Below are positions 1 through 10,088 of a stretch of DNA of 47,688 nucleotides, piece after piece (the stretch's first letter is position 1; each line of letters opens with the position of its first letter). The position numbers and the translations under genes are program-made. The notes below the pieces were generated by a model that did not search any database, was not told the origin of the DNA, and saw only the letters and a program-made list of their open reading frames with translations. This stretch comes from Minisyncoccia bacterium. Lineage in GTDB: Bacteria; Patescibacteriota; Minisyncoccia; SW-4-49-11. The stretch is from NCBI GenBank assembly GCA_044341565.1, contig JBIIRM010000008.1, positions 1-47,688 of the forward strand, given 5' to 3'.

Positions 1-114
1 CCAGGGTCCTCTGGAGGGAGAATAGCCTTATATTATGGAAGTAATATCTTTAGTGGAACCCTCACTGCAAATGGAGGAGTTGGAGGAGCAGGAGCAGGAA
101 CAATATATCAATAA
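1..114 (+). CDS. 3' end of an upstream gene (partial); Gly-rich C-terminus
   Basis: Frame 1 is open from the window edge to TAA at 112-114 (...GSSGGRIALYYGSNIFSGTLTANGGVGGAGAGTIYQ*). The rest of the gene lies outside the window. Confidence 0.4.
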   Translation, partial: PGSSGGRIALYYGSNIFSGTLTANGGVGGAGAGTIYQ

Positions 115-127
115 TAAGAATAATAAT

Positions 128-661
128 ATGAAAAAGAAGCTAATCATCGGAATAATCATTATCCTAGTATTAGGGGGAGGTTTGTATTTAGGATATAGTC
201 AAGGATATTTTAACTCTATTATTCCTAATATAGCAAAAGATAATTACCAGTATAAAAGTGAAGAATTAAAGAAAATGTCAGAAGAGGCAGGGATAAATTT
301 AGAGAAAGGAATGGTAGAGCAGCCCAAACAAGAGATACCTTTAGTATATGAGAAACAAAAAGAAGAAGAACTCATAAATAGGAATAGCCCAATATATAAA
401 GGAAAATTAACTATCAATGAAGCTAACAATAAAGAATGGTTAGTAAGAGTAGGAATTCCAACCGAGAAAGATAAAAAGTATGGTATATGGAAACAAGAAG
501 GAAGAACCCCAATAGTATTTATGGAAGAATTAAAATCTTCAGGATATGAAGAATGGGAATACAAAAGTGAAGGGAAGCAGGAATTAAAAGGAGGATTTTA
601 TATTGGAGTTATAGGTGATAATAATACGATTATTGATACCTTATATACGATACAAAAATAA
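128..661 (+). CDS. hypothetical membrane-anchored protein (N-terminal TM helix)
   Basis: ORF track 35..661. The ATG at 128 (MKKKLIIGIIIILVLGGGLYLG...) avoids overlapping the upstream partial gene; an N-terminal hydrophobic helix follows. Start choice is uncertain (35 vs 128). Confidence 0.5.
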   Translation: MKKKLIIGIIIILVLGGGLYLGYSQGYFNSIIPNIAKDNYQYKSEELKKMSEEAGINLEKGMVEQPKQEIPLVYEKQKEEELINRNSPIYKGKLTINEANNKEWLVRVGIPTEKDKKYGIWKQEGRTPIVFMEELKSSGYEEWEYKSEGKQELKGGFYIGVIGDNNTIIDTLYTIQK

Positions 662-695
662 TATTTCATACTAAATAAAGAAGTACAATAAAAAG

Positions 696-2771
696 ATGCA
701 AAAGCGGATAAAAGGATTTACATTATTAGAAATACTATTAGTAATAGCTGTAATAGGGATATTGGCAGCAATAGTATTGATAGCCATAAATCCAAATCGA
801 CAATTAGCCCAAGCAAGGAATGCAGAGAGAAGAGTAGATCTCAATACATTAAATAAAGGATTAGAACAAATATTAATCGATACGGGTTCATATCCTGCAG
901 GAATAACAGATAGTTATCAAGAAGTATGTGCGACAGGAAATAAAAGTAGTACAACTCCCTTAACAGATGCCCCGAGTGTAGATTGTGCGGGGAAACTAGA
1001 CTTAAGATCATTAATCCCAACATATATAGCAGCAATACCAAGAGACCCTCAATCTACAGGTTCTAGTACAGGATATTATGTAGCAAGAAATAGTAATAAT
1101 AATAGAATAAGTATAAAGAGTACAAATGCAGAACTGTCTCAATCGCTTGCTATTAATGATACAGGACAGAGTATAGGTAGTGGTGGTGATGTGTATTATA
1201 ATAATGTATCACTATTATTGCATATGGAAAATGGGTATACTGATTCTAGCCCCAATAATATTTCTGTTACTCCGGGTACTCCAACTACTTTTGCATATGA
1301 TCCATATTATAAATTTGGTGCAGGATCAGTTGTTTTGAATAATACAACAGATGCTTTTGTAGCAACACATCCAACAGCATTTGCAGTTACAGCAAATGAA
1401 GATTATACAATAGAATTTTGGCTAAAACCAAGTAGTACAGGAGGCTTTCAATATTTGGTATATTGTTATGGATCACTAGTAATATTTAATAACTCAGGTG
1501 GGATTCGTGTTGAACAAAATGGAGGTAATTTTGGATTAGAGGGAGGTAGTTTTGTTGTGGGACAATGGTATCATATTGTTACTACGAAATCTTCTGGTAC
1601 GATGCGATTATTTGTTGATGGGGTTTTAGTTTCAACAACGACTTCTAATACCACAGCTTCTAATCAGACAACTGCAGGTCTAAACCCTGGTCCATTTAGA
1701 TCAGCCAATGGAACTATTGTGGATGAAATTCGATTTACAAAAGGAGTAGCTCGATATACATCTAATTTTACACCTCCAACAGCACAATTTCCTGACTCTT
1801 TTTCAAGCTCACCTCCAACAGCTCCAACTGGATTAGCTGTCAATAATATAGATAATAATCAGATTACTTTAACGTGGAACTCTTCATTGAATTCAGAGAT
1901 AACCAATTATGTAATACAATATAGTAGTGATAATGGTGCAACATGGACTACTTCCACAAACCCAGTTTCAAGTTTACCTCGAAAAACAGTACAGGGATTA
2001 ATAAACGGGTCTACATATTTGTTTAGAGTAGCAGGGGTGAATGCCAATGGAACTGGTTCATATAGTGCTCCAACTAGTGCCTATACCTTACCTGAACTGG
2101 ACACATATTATGCTAATACTCCTACATTACTTCATTTTGATGGAAGTAATGGGAGTACTACATTTACGAATTCAGGGAATACAGCTATGACATTTACTCC
2201 AGCTGGGGGAGCCTCTATTAGTACTGCACAAAGTCAATTAGGTGGAGCTAGTGGACTTCTAAATGGTACAAATGCATGGATTCAAGCTCCATATAGTTCT
2301 ACTTTAGATTTTGATGGAGCCTTCACTTTTGAAGGATACTTTAGATTATCGAGTTTACCTGGTAGTATGATACTTTATTCTCGGGCGCAATCAACATGGG
2401 GTATTCCTATAGAGTCAGCTTTTTACCTCACATCTCCTACAAATGTTAATTTGTATTATGGACTCAGAGGATCCTGGATGCAACTAAGAAGTTTTACATT
2501 ACCGCAAACGCTTGTTACTAATCAATGGTATCATATTGCTATTACAAGAGATAGTAATAGTTTGTTAAGAGTATGGTTAGATGGTATCTCATCATCTAAT
2601 TTATATACTGATAATATAAATTTATCAGGAGCACATCCTCTCTATATTGGAGCATTTTTTGACGGTAGCTCATTGTTTAACGGTAATTTGGATGAATTTA
2701 GATTTACAAAAGGAGTTGCACGATATACTGCTCCATTTGTACCTCCTATAGCTCCATTTGCAAATAATTAA
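696..2771 (+). CDS. type IV prepilin-like protein with large C-terminal adhesin-like region (2 LamG/concanavalin-like repeats + fibronectin-III-like domain)
   Basis: N-terminus KGFTLLEILLVIAVIGILAAIV is a class III (type IV pilin) signal/N-methylation motif. An internal duplicated segment ends in ...DEIRFTKGVARYTSNFTPP and ...DEFRFTKGVARYTAPFVPP. The stretch LTWNSS...YVIQYSSDNGATW...GSTYLFRVAGVNANGTGS is FN3-like. Confidence 0.8.
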   Translation: MQKRIKGFTLLEILLVIAVIGILAAIVLIAINPNRQLAQARNAERRVDLNTLNKGLEQILIDTGSYPAGITDSYQEVCATGNKSSTTPLTDAPSVDCAGKLDLRSLIPTYIAAIPRDPQSTGSSTGYYVARNSNNNRISIKSTNAELSQSLAINDTGQSIGSGGDVYYNNVSLLLHMENGYTDSSPNNISVTPGTPTTFAYDPYYKFGAGSVVLNNTTDAFVATHPTAFAVTANEDYTIEFWLKPSSTGGFQYLVYCYGSLVIFNNSGGIRVEQNGGNFGLEGGSFVVGQWYHIVTTKSSGTMRLFVDGVLVSTTTSNTTASNQTTAGLNPGPFRSANGTIVDEIRFTKGVARYTSNFTPPTAQFPDSFSSSPPTAPTGLAVNNIDNNQITLTWNSSLNSEITNYVIQYSSDNGATWTTSTNPVSSLPRKTVQGLINGSTYLFRVAGVNANGTGSYSAPTSAYTLPELDTYYANTPTLLHFDGSNGSTTFTNSGNTAMTFTPAGGASISTAQSQLGGASGLLNGTNAWIQAPYSSTLDFDGAFTFEGYFRLSSLPGSMILYSRAQSTWGIPIESAFYLTSPTNVNLYYGLRGSWMQLRSFTLPQTLVTNQWYHIAITRDSNSLLRVWLDGISSSNLYTDNINLSGAHPLYIGAFFDGSSLFNGNLDEFRFTKGVARYTAPFVPPIAPFANN

Positions 2772-2829
2772 ATATGCATTGAGTCAATCTACTCAGTATG
2801 ATATACTATATCTATTGAATAGATACTAT

Positions 2830-3207
2830 ATGATAAGTGTATTTACGAAAATAAGAAATAAAGAAATCCCAGGAATTATATTTGATGATAATGGTGATTT
2901 TTTTGTAATACATAGTAATAATCCTGCTCAATTGGGACATTTACTCGTAATTCCTTATCAAGAAATAGATTATATTTTTGATTTAGAGACAGATTCTTAC
3001 CATAAATTATGGGATTATGTAAAGCAAATAGCAACTCGATTACAAAATATTACAGGAGCTAAAAAAATAGGAATTAGAGTAGAGGGATTAGAGGTAGCTC
3101 ACACACATATTCATCTTATCCCTATTAATCAGGCAGGGGATTTAGAAAATTCTACTCAAATTAGTGAAGAGAATATACAGCAATTATACCAACAATTCAA
3201 ACAATAA
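2830..3207 (+). CDS. HIT-family (histidine triad) hydrolase
   Basis: HTHIHLIP histidine-triad motif near the C-terminus. The in-frame ATG at 2830 (MISVFTKI...) fits the HIT N-terminus and removes the overlap with the upstream gene. Confidence 0.75.
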   Translation: MISVFTKIRNKEIPGIIFDDNGDFFVIHSNNPAQLGHLLVIPYQEIDYIFDLETDSYHKLWDYVKQIATRLQNITGAKKIGIRVEGLEVAHTHIHLIPINQAGDLENSTQISEENIQQLYQQFKQ

Positions 3208-3208
3208 T

Positions 3209-5365
3209 ATGCCAAAAAAGAAAACAACAGCCAATAAACCAAAAATCAAATCAGAAGCAAAGCGTTCCATTGTAGGAGTTATATTAATTGCCATTGCTTT
3301 ACTGAGTTTTTTGTCATTCTTCTCATCAGCGGGAGTATTCGGGAAGGGACTTAATGGGGGTATTGGATTTCTTTTTGGTGTAGGTAAATTCATATTACCA
3401 TTTGCATTACTTTATATAGGGCTTACATTATTAGCTCGGCCAAAGGATAGGGGATTATATTATTTTCAACTATTCGTATTAATTATGGGACTATTATTAT
3501 TCTTAGGATTAATACAATTAATACAATTCTCAGATGCAAAAGAATCATTAGCTGAGGCCCAAAAAGGGCTTGGGGGTGGCTATATAGGTCATTATGTAAG
3601 TGTAGGAACGCAATATATATTTGGGTATTGGGGCGCTTTTGTAGCATTAATCACAGGATTTATTACAGCAGGTATTATTGTGATGAATCAATCTATTCAT
3701 CTTGACGGTATAGTAGATTGGATAAAAGAAGTATTTGCTCCTAATAATAGCGAAAATACTATTGCTATTGCTCCCACAGATACATCAGAGGTAAAGGCAG
3801 AAAATACTCGAATATTTCATCAAGATGCAGAAGATGAGGATAAATTAGATAACAAAAAAGTTGCTGATAAGGGGAATATTATTCCAAAAACTCCTGAATG
3901 GATGACAGAAAGTTTATTTAATTTACCCACAGTTGACTTACTAGAAAAAGGAAAAACAGATGATATTGCCCAAAGTGGAGATACCAAAAAAAGCTCAGAA
4001 ATTATTAAAAGTACTTTATCCACATTTGGTATTGAGGTGGAAATGGGGAAAATTGATGTGGGTCCATCAGTAACTCGATTTATGTTACGCCCTTCCAATG
4101 GAATTAAATTATCTCGTATTACATCATTACAAAGTGATTTGGCTCTTGCAATGGCAGCACAGGCTATTCGTATAGAAGCACCTATTCCGGGAATGTCATA
4201 TGTTGGGGTAGAAACTCCAAATGCTAAGCGGGCTACTGTCAGAATTCGCAATATTTTTGAATCAAAAGAATTTAATGAAAATGATTTCCATTTGCCACTT
4301 GCACTTGGACTTGATGTTATGAATAAAGTTATTGTATTTCCGCTAGAGAAAATGCCTCATTTATTAATTGCAGGAGCAACAGGAGCAGGTAAATCTATGG
4401 GATTGAATGCTATGATATTGAGTATGCTATACAAAAATCCTCCATCCAAGCTTAAATTTATTTTTATTGATCCAAAACGAGTAGAATTATCTACATATAA
4501 TGGTATTCCTCATCTCCTAACCCCTGCTATTGTGAGTCCTGAAAAGGCAATGAATGCTCTTAATTGGTGTGTAACAGAAATGGAAAGACGATATGAAGTA
4601 TTGGCTCGTATGGGTTCTCGTAATATTTTTACCTATAATGAAAAAATTGCCTCAGGAACTATTAAAGCTGGAGAAGATGAACAAGAATATGAAATTATGC
4701 CATTTATTGTAGTAGTAATTGATGAACTTGCTGATTTGATGAGTAGTCATAAAAAAGAAGTTGAGGGCTCTATTGTGCGTATTGCACAAATGGCAAGAGC
4801 AGTCGGAATACATCTTATTCTTGCTACACAAAGACCATCAACTGATGTTATTACGGGTCTAATTAAAGCTAATTTACCTTCTCGAGTAAGTTTTCAAGTA
4901 GCTTCCCAAATTGATTCAAGAACTGTTTTGGATATGATGGGAGCAGAAAAATTATTAGGAATGGGGGATATGCTATTCCTAGGGGGAGATCTTGGTAAGC
5001 CGCAGCGTATACAAGGGGCTTTTGTACCAGAGCATGAAGTAAAGGCAGTGGTAGAATGGCTAAAAAGTCAAGGGGAAAACGAATATAATCTAGCTATTAC
5101 AGAAACTGATACTCCAAAACAAATATATCATGATGGGGGAGTTGATTATGGGGAGGGAACAGATCAATTATTCGAACAGGCAAAAGATTTAGTATTACAA
5201 ACAGGCAAAGGTTCAGCCTCATTATTACAAAGAAGATTAAAGGTTGGATATGCCAGGGCCGCCCGATTATTAGATGAATTAGAAGAAGCAGGAATAGTTG
5301 GTCCGGCTGAAGGTTCAAAACCTCGAGAAGTATTTTCAGATGGACATATTGAAGAAAATGAGTAA
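3209..5365 (+). CDS. ftsK: DNA translocase FtsK/SpoIIIE
   Basis: N-terminal polytopic membrane region. Walker A is GATGAGKS, Walker B is VVVIDELAD. The C-terminal gamma-like winged helix reads ASLLQRRLKVGYARAARLLDELE. The ATG at 3209 directly follows the HIT stop. Confidence 0.9.
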   Translation: MPKKKTTANKPKIKSEAKRSIVGVILIAIALLSFLSFFSSAGVFGKGLNGGIGFLFGVGKFILPFALLYIGLTLLARPKDRGLYYFQLFVLIMGLLLFLGLIQLIQFSDAKESLAEAQKGLGGGYIGHYVSVGTQYIFGYWGAFVALITGFITAGIIVMNQSIHLDGIVDWIKEVFAPNNSENTIAIAPTDTSEVKAENTRIFHQDAEDEDKLDNKKVADKGNIIPKTPEWMTESLFNLPTVDLLEKGKTDDIAQSGDTKKSSEIIKSTLSTFGIEVEMGKIDVGPSVTRFMLRPSNGIKLSRITSLQSDLALAMAAQAIRIEAPIPGMSYVGVETPNAKRATVRIRNIFESKEFNENDFHLPLALGLDVMNKVIVFPLEKMPHLLIAGATGAGKSMGLNAMILSMLYKNPPSKLKFIFIDPKRVELSTYNGIPHLLTPAIVSPEKAMNALNWCVTEMERRYEVLARMGSRNIFTYNEKIASGTIKAGEDEQEYEIMPFIVVVIDELADLMSSHKKEVEGSIVRIAQMARAVGIHLILATQRPSTDVITGLIKANLPSRVSFQVASQIDSRTVLDMMGAEKLLGMGDMLFLGGDLGKPQRIQGAFVPEHEVKAVVEWLKSQGENEYNLAITETDTPKQIYHDGGVDYGEGTDQLFEQAKDLVLQTGKGSASLLQRRLKVGYARAARLLDELEEAGIVGPAEGSKPREVFSDGHIEENE

Positions 5366-5987
5366 AGAGAAAATTACATTAGGATATGTCCTTACAAAAT
5401 ATCGGCTAAAGTCGAATTTAACCACGGAACAATTAGCTGATAAATTATCTATTGAAGAAAAATATCTAATTGCTCTTGAAAAAGGAGATTATCATGAATT
5501 TACTTCATTAAATCAACCCTTTCCCATTATTAAGAGGCTAAGTTATGTATTTGGACTTAAATATAATGTTTTAATCGAATTATATCATCAAGAATATGAA
5601 ATTTATATACATCAATTAGATCAAAAAAAAGCAAAACCTAAACTGATTATTAGTCATACTATGATGAGAATGTTTATAGGTATTACTATAGGATTGATTG
5701 TCGTAATATATTTAGGAATACAAGTATATCAATTAGGATATACTCCGGTATTAACACTTAATAATAAAGATAGCTATGAAATTAATAATAATACAGAATA
5801 TACTTTGACAGGAGATATATCAAGAGCGGGACAATTGACTTTAAATGGACAAAAGGTTACACTTAAAGAAGATGGGAAATTTGAAGTTATATTATCCCTA
5901 AGAGATGGAGAAAATAGATTAGAATTACAAGTTTCAAAAGATAATAAACCATTAAAAACAACACAAAAAATTGTGTATAAACAATAA
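5358..5987 (+). CDS. HTH (XRE-like) membrane protein, RodZ-like architecture
   Basis: N-terminal HTH (LTTEQLADKLSIEEKYLIALEKG), a single TM helix, and a small C-terminal beta-rich domain. The ATG at 5358 overlaps the ftsK stop by 8 nt. Confidence 0.5.
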   Translation: MSKEKITLGYVLTKYRLKSNLTTEQLADKLSIEEKYLIALEKGDYHEFTSLNQPFPIIKRLSYVFGLKYNVLIELYHQEYEIYIHQLDQKKAKPKLIISHTMMRMFIGITIGLIVVIYLGIQVYQLGYTPVLTLNNKDSYEINNNTEYTLTGDISRAGQLTLNGQKVTLKEDGKFEVILSLRDGENRLELQVSKDNKPLKTTQKIVYKQ

Positions 5988-5992
5988 ATACT

Positions 5993-7234
5993 ATGTCAAT
6001 CAAGCATATTTTTGGCTATGAAATATTAGACTCAAGGGGAAATCCTACTACTGCGAGTTTAGTAGAATTAGAAGATGGGAGCAAGGCGATAGCCTATGTG
6101 CCTTCAGGAGCATCAACCGGAGCTCATGAGGCAGTTGAACTTCGAGATGGAGATGAAAAACGATATCAGGGTCAGGGAGTATTGCGAGCAGTACATAATA
6201 TTAATACAGAAATTGCAACAGCTCTCATCGGTAAAGATAATTCAAAGCAAAGAGAATTAGATAATCTTTTAATAGCATTAGATGGTACTCCAAATAAGGC
6301 GAAACTCGGTGCTAATGCTATATTAGCTGTATCCCTAGCTCTTGCTCGTGCTACAGCAATTTCCCAAAAAAAAGAATTATATCAATATATTCGAGAATTA
6401 TATGGTAATGATATGGGGGTAGATAAGGTATTCCCACAAATTGGATTTAATGTATTGAATGGAGGTAAACATGCTGATTCAGGTCTAGATATCCAAGAAT
6501 ATATGATAATACCTCAAAAAGATTCAATAGCTGAGAATATTCGTGTTGCCTCTGAAATTTATCATACTCTCAAAAAGATTTTGGCAAAACAAGGACAAGT
6601 AACAGCTGTTGGTGATGAAGGTGGTTTTGCACCTCATTTAGATAATAATGAAGAGGGTCTCAAATTATTAGTACAAGCCATTACAGAAGCAGGATATATT
6701 CCAGGAACAGATTGTAGTATTGCCCTAGATGCTGCTGCTACTGAGTTTTTCTCAGCTGACAGCAATTTGTATACTCTTGATAAAAAACAGCATACAGCTT
6801 CAGAACTGGCAGAAATATATCATAATTGGATACAACAATATCCTATTGTCTCCCTAGAAGATCCTTTTGCAGAAGATGATTTTGCTTCTTGGCAAGCATT
6901 TAGGCAAAAAATGAGTCCGGAACTTCGATTAGTAGGGGATGATTTATTAGTGACGAATACTCAGCGTATTCAAGAAGCTATTGATAAGCAATTATGTAAT
7001 TCTGTTCTCATTAAACCAAATCAAATTGGGACTTTGACTGAAGTAATTGATGCTATTCAATTAGCACATCAAAATCAATTCACCACCATGATATCACATC
7101 GTAGTGGGGAGACTATTGATACCTTTATATCAGATTTAGCAGTTGCAAGTCGCTCAGCCTATATGAAGGCTGGAGCTCCAGCCAGAGCCGAAAGGGTAAG
7201 TAAATATAATCGATTATTAGAAATATCTTATTAA
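5993..7234 (+). CDS. eno: enolase (phosphopyruvate hydratase)
   Basis: Full-length match to the enolase family: IKHIFGYEILDSRGNPT, SGASTG..EA.ELRD, IKPNQIGTLTE, and SHRSGET metal and active-site motifs. Confidence 0.95.
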   Translation: MSIKHIFGYEILDSRGNPTTASLVELEDGSKAIAYVPSGASTGAHEAVELRDGDEKRYQGQGVLRAVHNINTEIATALIGKDNSKQRELDNLLIALDGTPNKAKLGANAILAVSLALARATAISQKKELYQYIRELYGNDMGVDKVFPQIGFNVLNGGKHADSGLDIQEYMIIPQKDSIAENIRVASEIYHTLKKILAKQGQVTAVGDEGGFAPHLDNNEEGLKLLVQAITEAGYIPGTDCSIALDAAATEFFSADSNLYTLDKKQHTASELAEIYHNWIQQYPIVSLEDPFAEDDFASWQAFRQKMSPELRLVGDDLLVTNTQRIQEAIDKQLCNSVLIKPNQIGTLTEVIDAIQLAHQNQFTTMISHRSGETIDTFISDLAVASRSAYMKAGAPARAERVSKYNRLLEISY

Positions 7235-7235
7235 T

Positions 7236-8207
7236 ATGATAGCAAGAAAAGCATATAGGATTTTACTTGTAGATGATGATGAACTAGTTCGGAGTATATA
7301 CTCAGAAAGATTAGCTCAAGAACCTGATTTTGTAATTGATACTGCAATAGATGGGGCTGATGGGCTTACTAAAATACAAGAAAATGATTATGATTTAATA
7401 TTCTCAGGAATACAAATGCCAAATCTCACAGGATTTGAATTATTTGAAAAATTACAAGGGAATGCAGAATGGATAACAATTCCATTTATAATATTTAGCC
7501 ATTTAGGAAGAATAGAAGATGTTCAAAGAGCTCATGATTTAGGTGTACAGCATTTTATTGTGAGAGGACAGGCAACCCCTAATGATATTACGCAAAAAAT
7601 TCGAGATATTCTCGTTGAAAGTGAGGAGTTGAAAATAGGAGCTATTACCCGATCACATATACTCATTGTAGAAGATGATCCAATTATACTCTCAACTTAT
7701 ATTGGACGATTTCAGGCAGAATCAAATTTTATGGTTGACTCTGCTGTGGATGGGGCAGATGCTTTAGCTAAAATCAAGCAAAATGTATATGATTTGATAT
7801 TTTCAGGAATACAAATGCCGAATCTTACAGGATTTCAATTATTCGAAGTCCTACAACAAGATGAAAAATACAAAAAAATCCCAGTAGTACTATTTAGTCA
7901 TTTAGGAAGAATAGAAGATATTGAAAATGCACATAGATTAGGGGTAAAACATGTCATTGTGAGAGGAGAAACTACCCCAAATGATGTGGTAAATAAAATA
8001 CAGGATATTCTTGATGTTAAAGATAAGAATTATAATTTGAGTATTAGTAAGAATTCTCCTGATTATGCAGAATTCATCAAGTTATTTTTTGGAGTAGATT
8101 GTGTAGAATATCAAGATATGGATACAACTCCTATTACTATTACTCTACAACAATCATCAGAACCCTATATATTTACTATAGAATTGAATTGTAAAAACCC
8201 CAAATAA
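7236..8207 (+). CDS. tandem pseudo-receiver (two CheY-like REC domains lacking the phospho-acceptor Asp)
   Basis: Two internally duplicated REC-like halves (ILLVDDDELV... and ILIVEDDPII...). Each has DLIFSGIQMPNLTGF, where canonical receivers carry ...D..MP (Asp57 replaced by Gly). The conserved Lys is Arg (IVRG). There is no output domain. Confidence 0.75.
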   Translation: MIARKAYRILLVDDDELVRSIYSERLAQEPDFVIDTAIDGADGLTKIQENDYDLIFSGIQMPNLTGFELFEKLQGNAEWITIPFIIFSHLGRIEDVQRAHDLGVQHFIVRGQATPNDITQKIRDILVESEELKIGAITRSHILIVEDDPIILSTYIGRFQAESNFMVDSAVDGADALAKIKQNVYDLIFSGIQMPNLTGFQLFEVLQQDEKYKKIPVVLFSHLGRIEDIENAHRLGVKHVIVRGETTPNDVVNKIQDILDVKDKNYNLSISKNSPDYAEFIKLFFGVDCVEYQDMDTTPITITLQQSSEPYIFTIELNCKNPK

Positions 8208-8213
8208 AATTAT

Positions 8214-10043
8214 ATGCAATCAAAATATAAATGGCATATAAAGCCAGCTATTACAAAAGATATCATCAATAGCTATCCAGAATTAAATCCTATTATTTTA
8301 CAATTATTATGGAATAGAGATATTCAGGCTACCAAGGATATAGATAATTTTATTAATTCTGATTATCAAGATTTATTGAATCCATTTTTGATATTGGATA
8401 TGCAAAAAAGCATAGATAGAATTATTGAAGCTTTACAGAAAAAAGAAAAAATTATTATTTTTGGAGATTATGATGCCGATGGAGTAACAGGAAGTACTAT
8501 TTTGTATCAGGGGCTAAAAACAGTATATTTTGCTTTGAATCAAAAAGGTGGATTCCAATTAGGAGATAAAGATATTACAGAATTTGATACATATGTTGAG
8601 GTATATATTCCAGATAGACATAAAGAAGGATATGGATTAAAAGATGAGGGAGTGGCCTATATTTTGTCTCAAAAGCCCAATATAGTTATTACCGTTGATT
8701 GTGGAGTAAGAAGTGCTAAGGAAATTGAAATAATACAAGAATCAGGAATTGATGTCATTGTAGTAGATCATCATTCGGTACCCGAAGAAATGCCTCCAGC
8801 ATTTGGAATTATTGTACCAAAACGAAAAGGAGATCCTTATCCCTTTAAAGAATTATGTGGAGCTGGACTCGCCTTTAAGGTTATTACTGCTCTTTTGAGT
8901 GAGGTCAGAACCAAAATAGGATATGACAGTATACCATTGGGATATGAAAAATGGCTTTTAGATTTAGCTGCTATTGGAACTATTGCTGATATGGTACCAC
9001 TTGTGGGGGAGAATAGAATTCTCGTTAGATATGGGCTTTATGTGCTCGCTAAGACTCGAAATATAGGGCTACAAGCCTTGATTGAAGAAACAGGTATTAT
9101 GCCTGAAGTTGATGAAATAGATGGTGTGGAGTCAGCTAATATTAGTGTATATTCAGTAGGATTTCAAATAGCTCCTCGTATTAATGCTGCGGGAAGAATT
9201 GCACATGCTAATCAAGCTTTTAAACTTTTTACTACGCAGGATATAACTGAGGCACAACATTTGGCTCAAGAATTACAAAAGCTCAATGATCATAGAAAAA
9301 GTCTTACTGATACAGTTCTCAAAGAAGTGGAAGCAAAATTAGCCCAATATGATGATATTTCTCAATTAGCAGTTATTTTTGAAGGAGATAAAAATTGGTC
9401 AATTGGTGTATTGGGGATAGTTGCTTCAAGATTAGTAGAAAAATATTATAGGCCAGTGATTTTGTATCAGGAACAGCCCCATCATAATGTCGCCTCAGCT
9501 CGAAGTATTCCAGAATTTAATATTGCTGATGCGGTACAAAATATGCAAGATATTATTATTTCAGGAGGAGGACATAGTCAAGCAGCAGGATTATCATTTG
9601 ATACTCATCAAACTGATGCTGTCAAAGAATCATTGCAAAGTCAAATTCGTAAGCAAGTTGATATTAATAGTTTATCCCCCTATAAAAAAGTAGATATAGA
9701 ATTATCAGCCGAAGCTGTAGACTGGGATTTATATGATACCTTTTATAAATTGGCTCCATTTGGTATGCAAAATCCAAATCCAGTATTTTTGGTGCGTAAA
9801 TTAAGAATAACTGATATTAAACCACTTGGAAAAGAACAAAATCATGTCAAATTACAATTGATATCAGAAGCTCAAGCAGGAAGGCCATTAACTATTTCTG
9901 CCATTGGATTTAATTTTGCTTATGTTTTGGATAAACTGCATCGTAATGATATTATTGATCTTGTATTTCGTCTAGAAATCAATGAATGGGGAGGCAATAG
10001 AGAATTGCAACTTCATATTATTGATTTGGCTTCTAGCGAATAA
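8214..10043 (+). CDS. recJ: single-stranded-DNA-specific exonuclease RecJ
   Basis: DHH phosphoesterase motifs (IIFGDYDADGVTG, VVDHHS) followed by a DHHA1-like region and a C-terminal OB-like tail. Confidence 0.9.
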   Translation: MQSKYKWHIKPAITKDIINSYPELNPIILQLLWNRDIQATKDIDNFINSDYQDLLNPFLILDMQKSIDRIIEALQKKEKIIIFGDYDADGVTGSTILYQGLKTVYFALNQKGGFQLGDKDITEFDTYVEVYIPDRHKEGYGLKDEGVAYILSQKPNIVITVDCGVRSAKEIEIIQESGIDVIVVDHHSVPEEMPPAFGIIVPKRKGDPYPFKELCGAGLAFKVITALLSEVRTKIGYDSIPLGYEKWLLDLAAIGTIADMVPLVGENRILVRYGLYVLAKTRNIGLQALIEETGIMPEVDEIDGVESANISVYSVGFQIAPRINAAGRIAHANQAFKLFTTQDITEAQHLAQELQKLNDHRKSLTDTVLKEVEAKLAQYDDISQLAVIFEGDKNWSIGVLGIVASRLVEKYYRPVILYQEQPHHNVASARSIPEFNIADAVQNMQDIIISGGGHSQAAGLSFDTHQTDAVKESLQSQIRKQVDINSLSPYKKVDIELSAEAVDWDLYDTFYKLAPFGMQNPNPVFLVRKLRITDIKPLGKEQNHVKLQLISEAQAGRPLTISAIGFNFAYVLDKLHRNDIIDLVFRLEINEWGGNRELQLHIIDLASSE

Positions 10044-10088
10044 GAATACAGTTGCTCTTTTGTCAAAAACCCTTATAATAAAGAGTAT

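Noticed and set aside
35-127. N-terminal 31-aa extension of ORF 35..661 (MEVISLVEPSLQ...)
   Set aside because: It overlaps the Gly-rich C-terminus of the upstream gene in another frame. The downstream ATG at 128 gives a conventional Lys-rich N-terminus followed by a TM helix.
244-564. Antisense or embedded ORFs from the six-frame track. Examples: 244..564-, 841..1041-, 3184..3393-, 3820..4251-, 5097..5318-, 9487..9693+, 12922..13212-, 15594..15867-, 18260..18577+, 19503..19854, 20311..20517-, 21248..21442+, 22783..23233-, 23955..24293-, 25582..25797-, 27218..27739-, 30046..30322-, 32336..32554+, 34157..35032-, 36100..36528-, 36793..37312+, 37476..37915, 40054..40352, 41223..41983-, 43897..45981+, 46476..46783-.
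   Set aside because: All lie inside or antisense to long, well-supported genes and have low-complexity or hydrophobic junk translations. No independent signal supports them.
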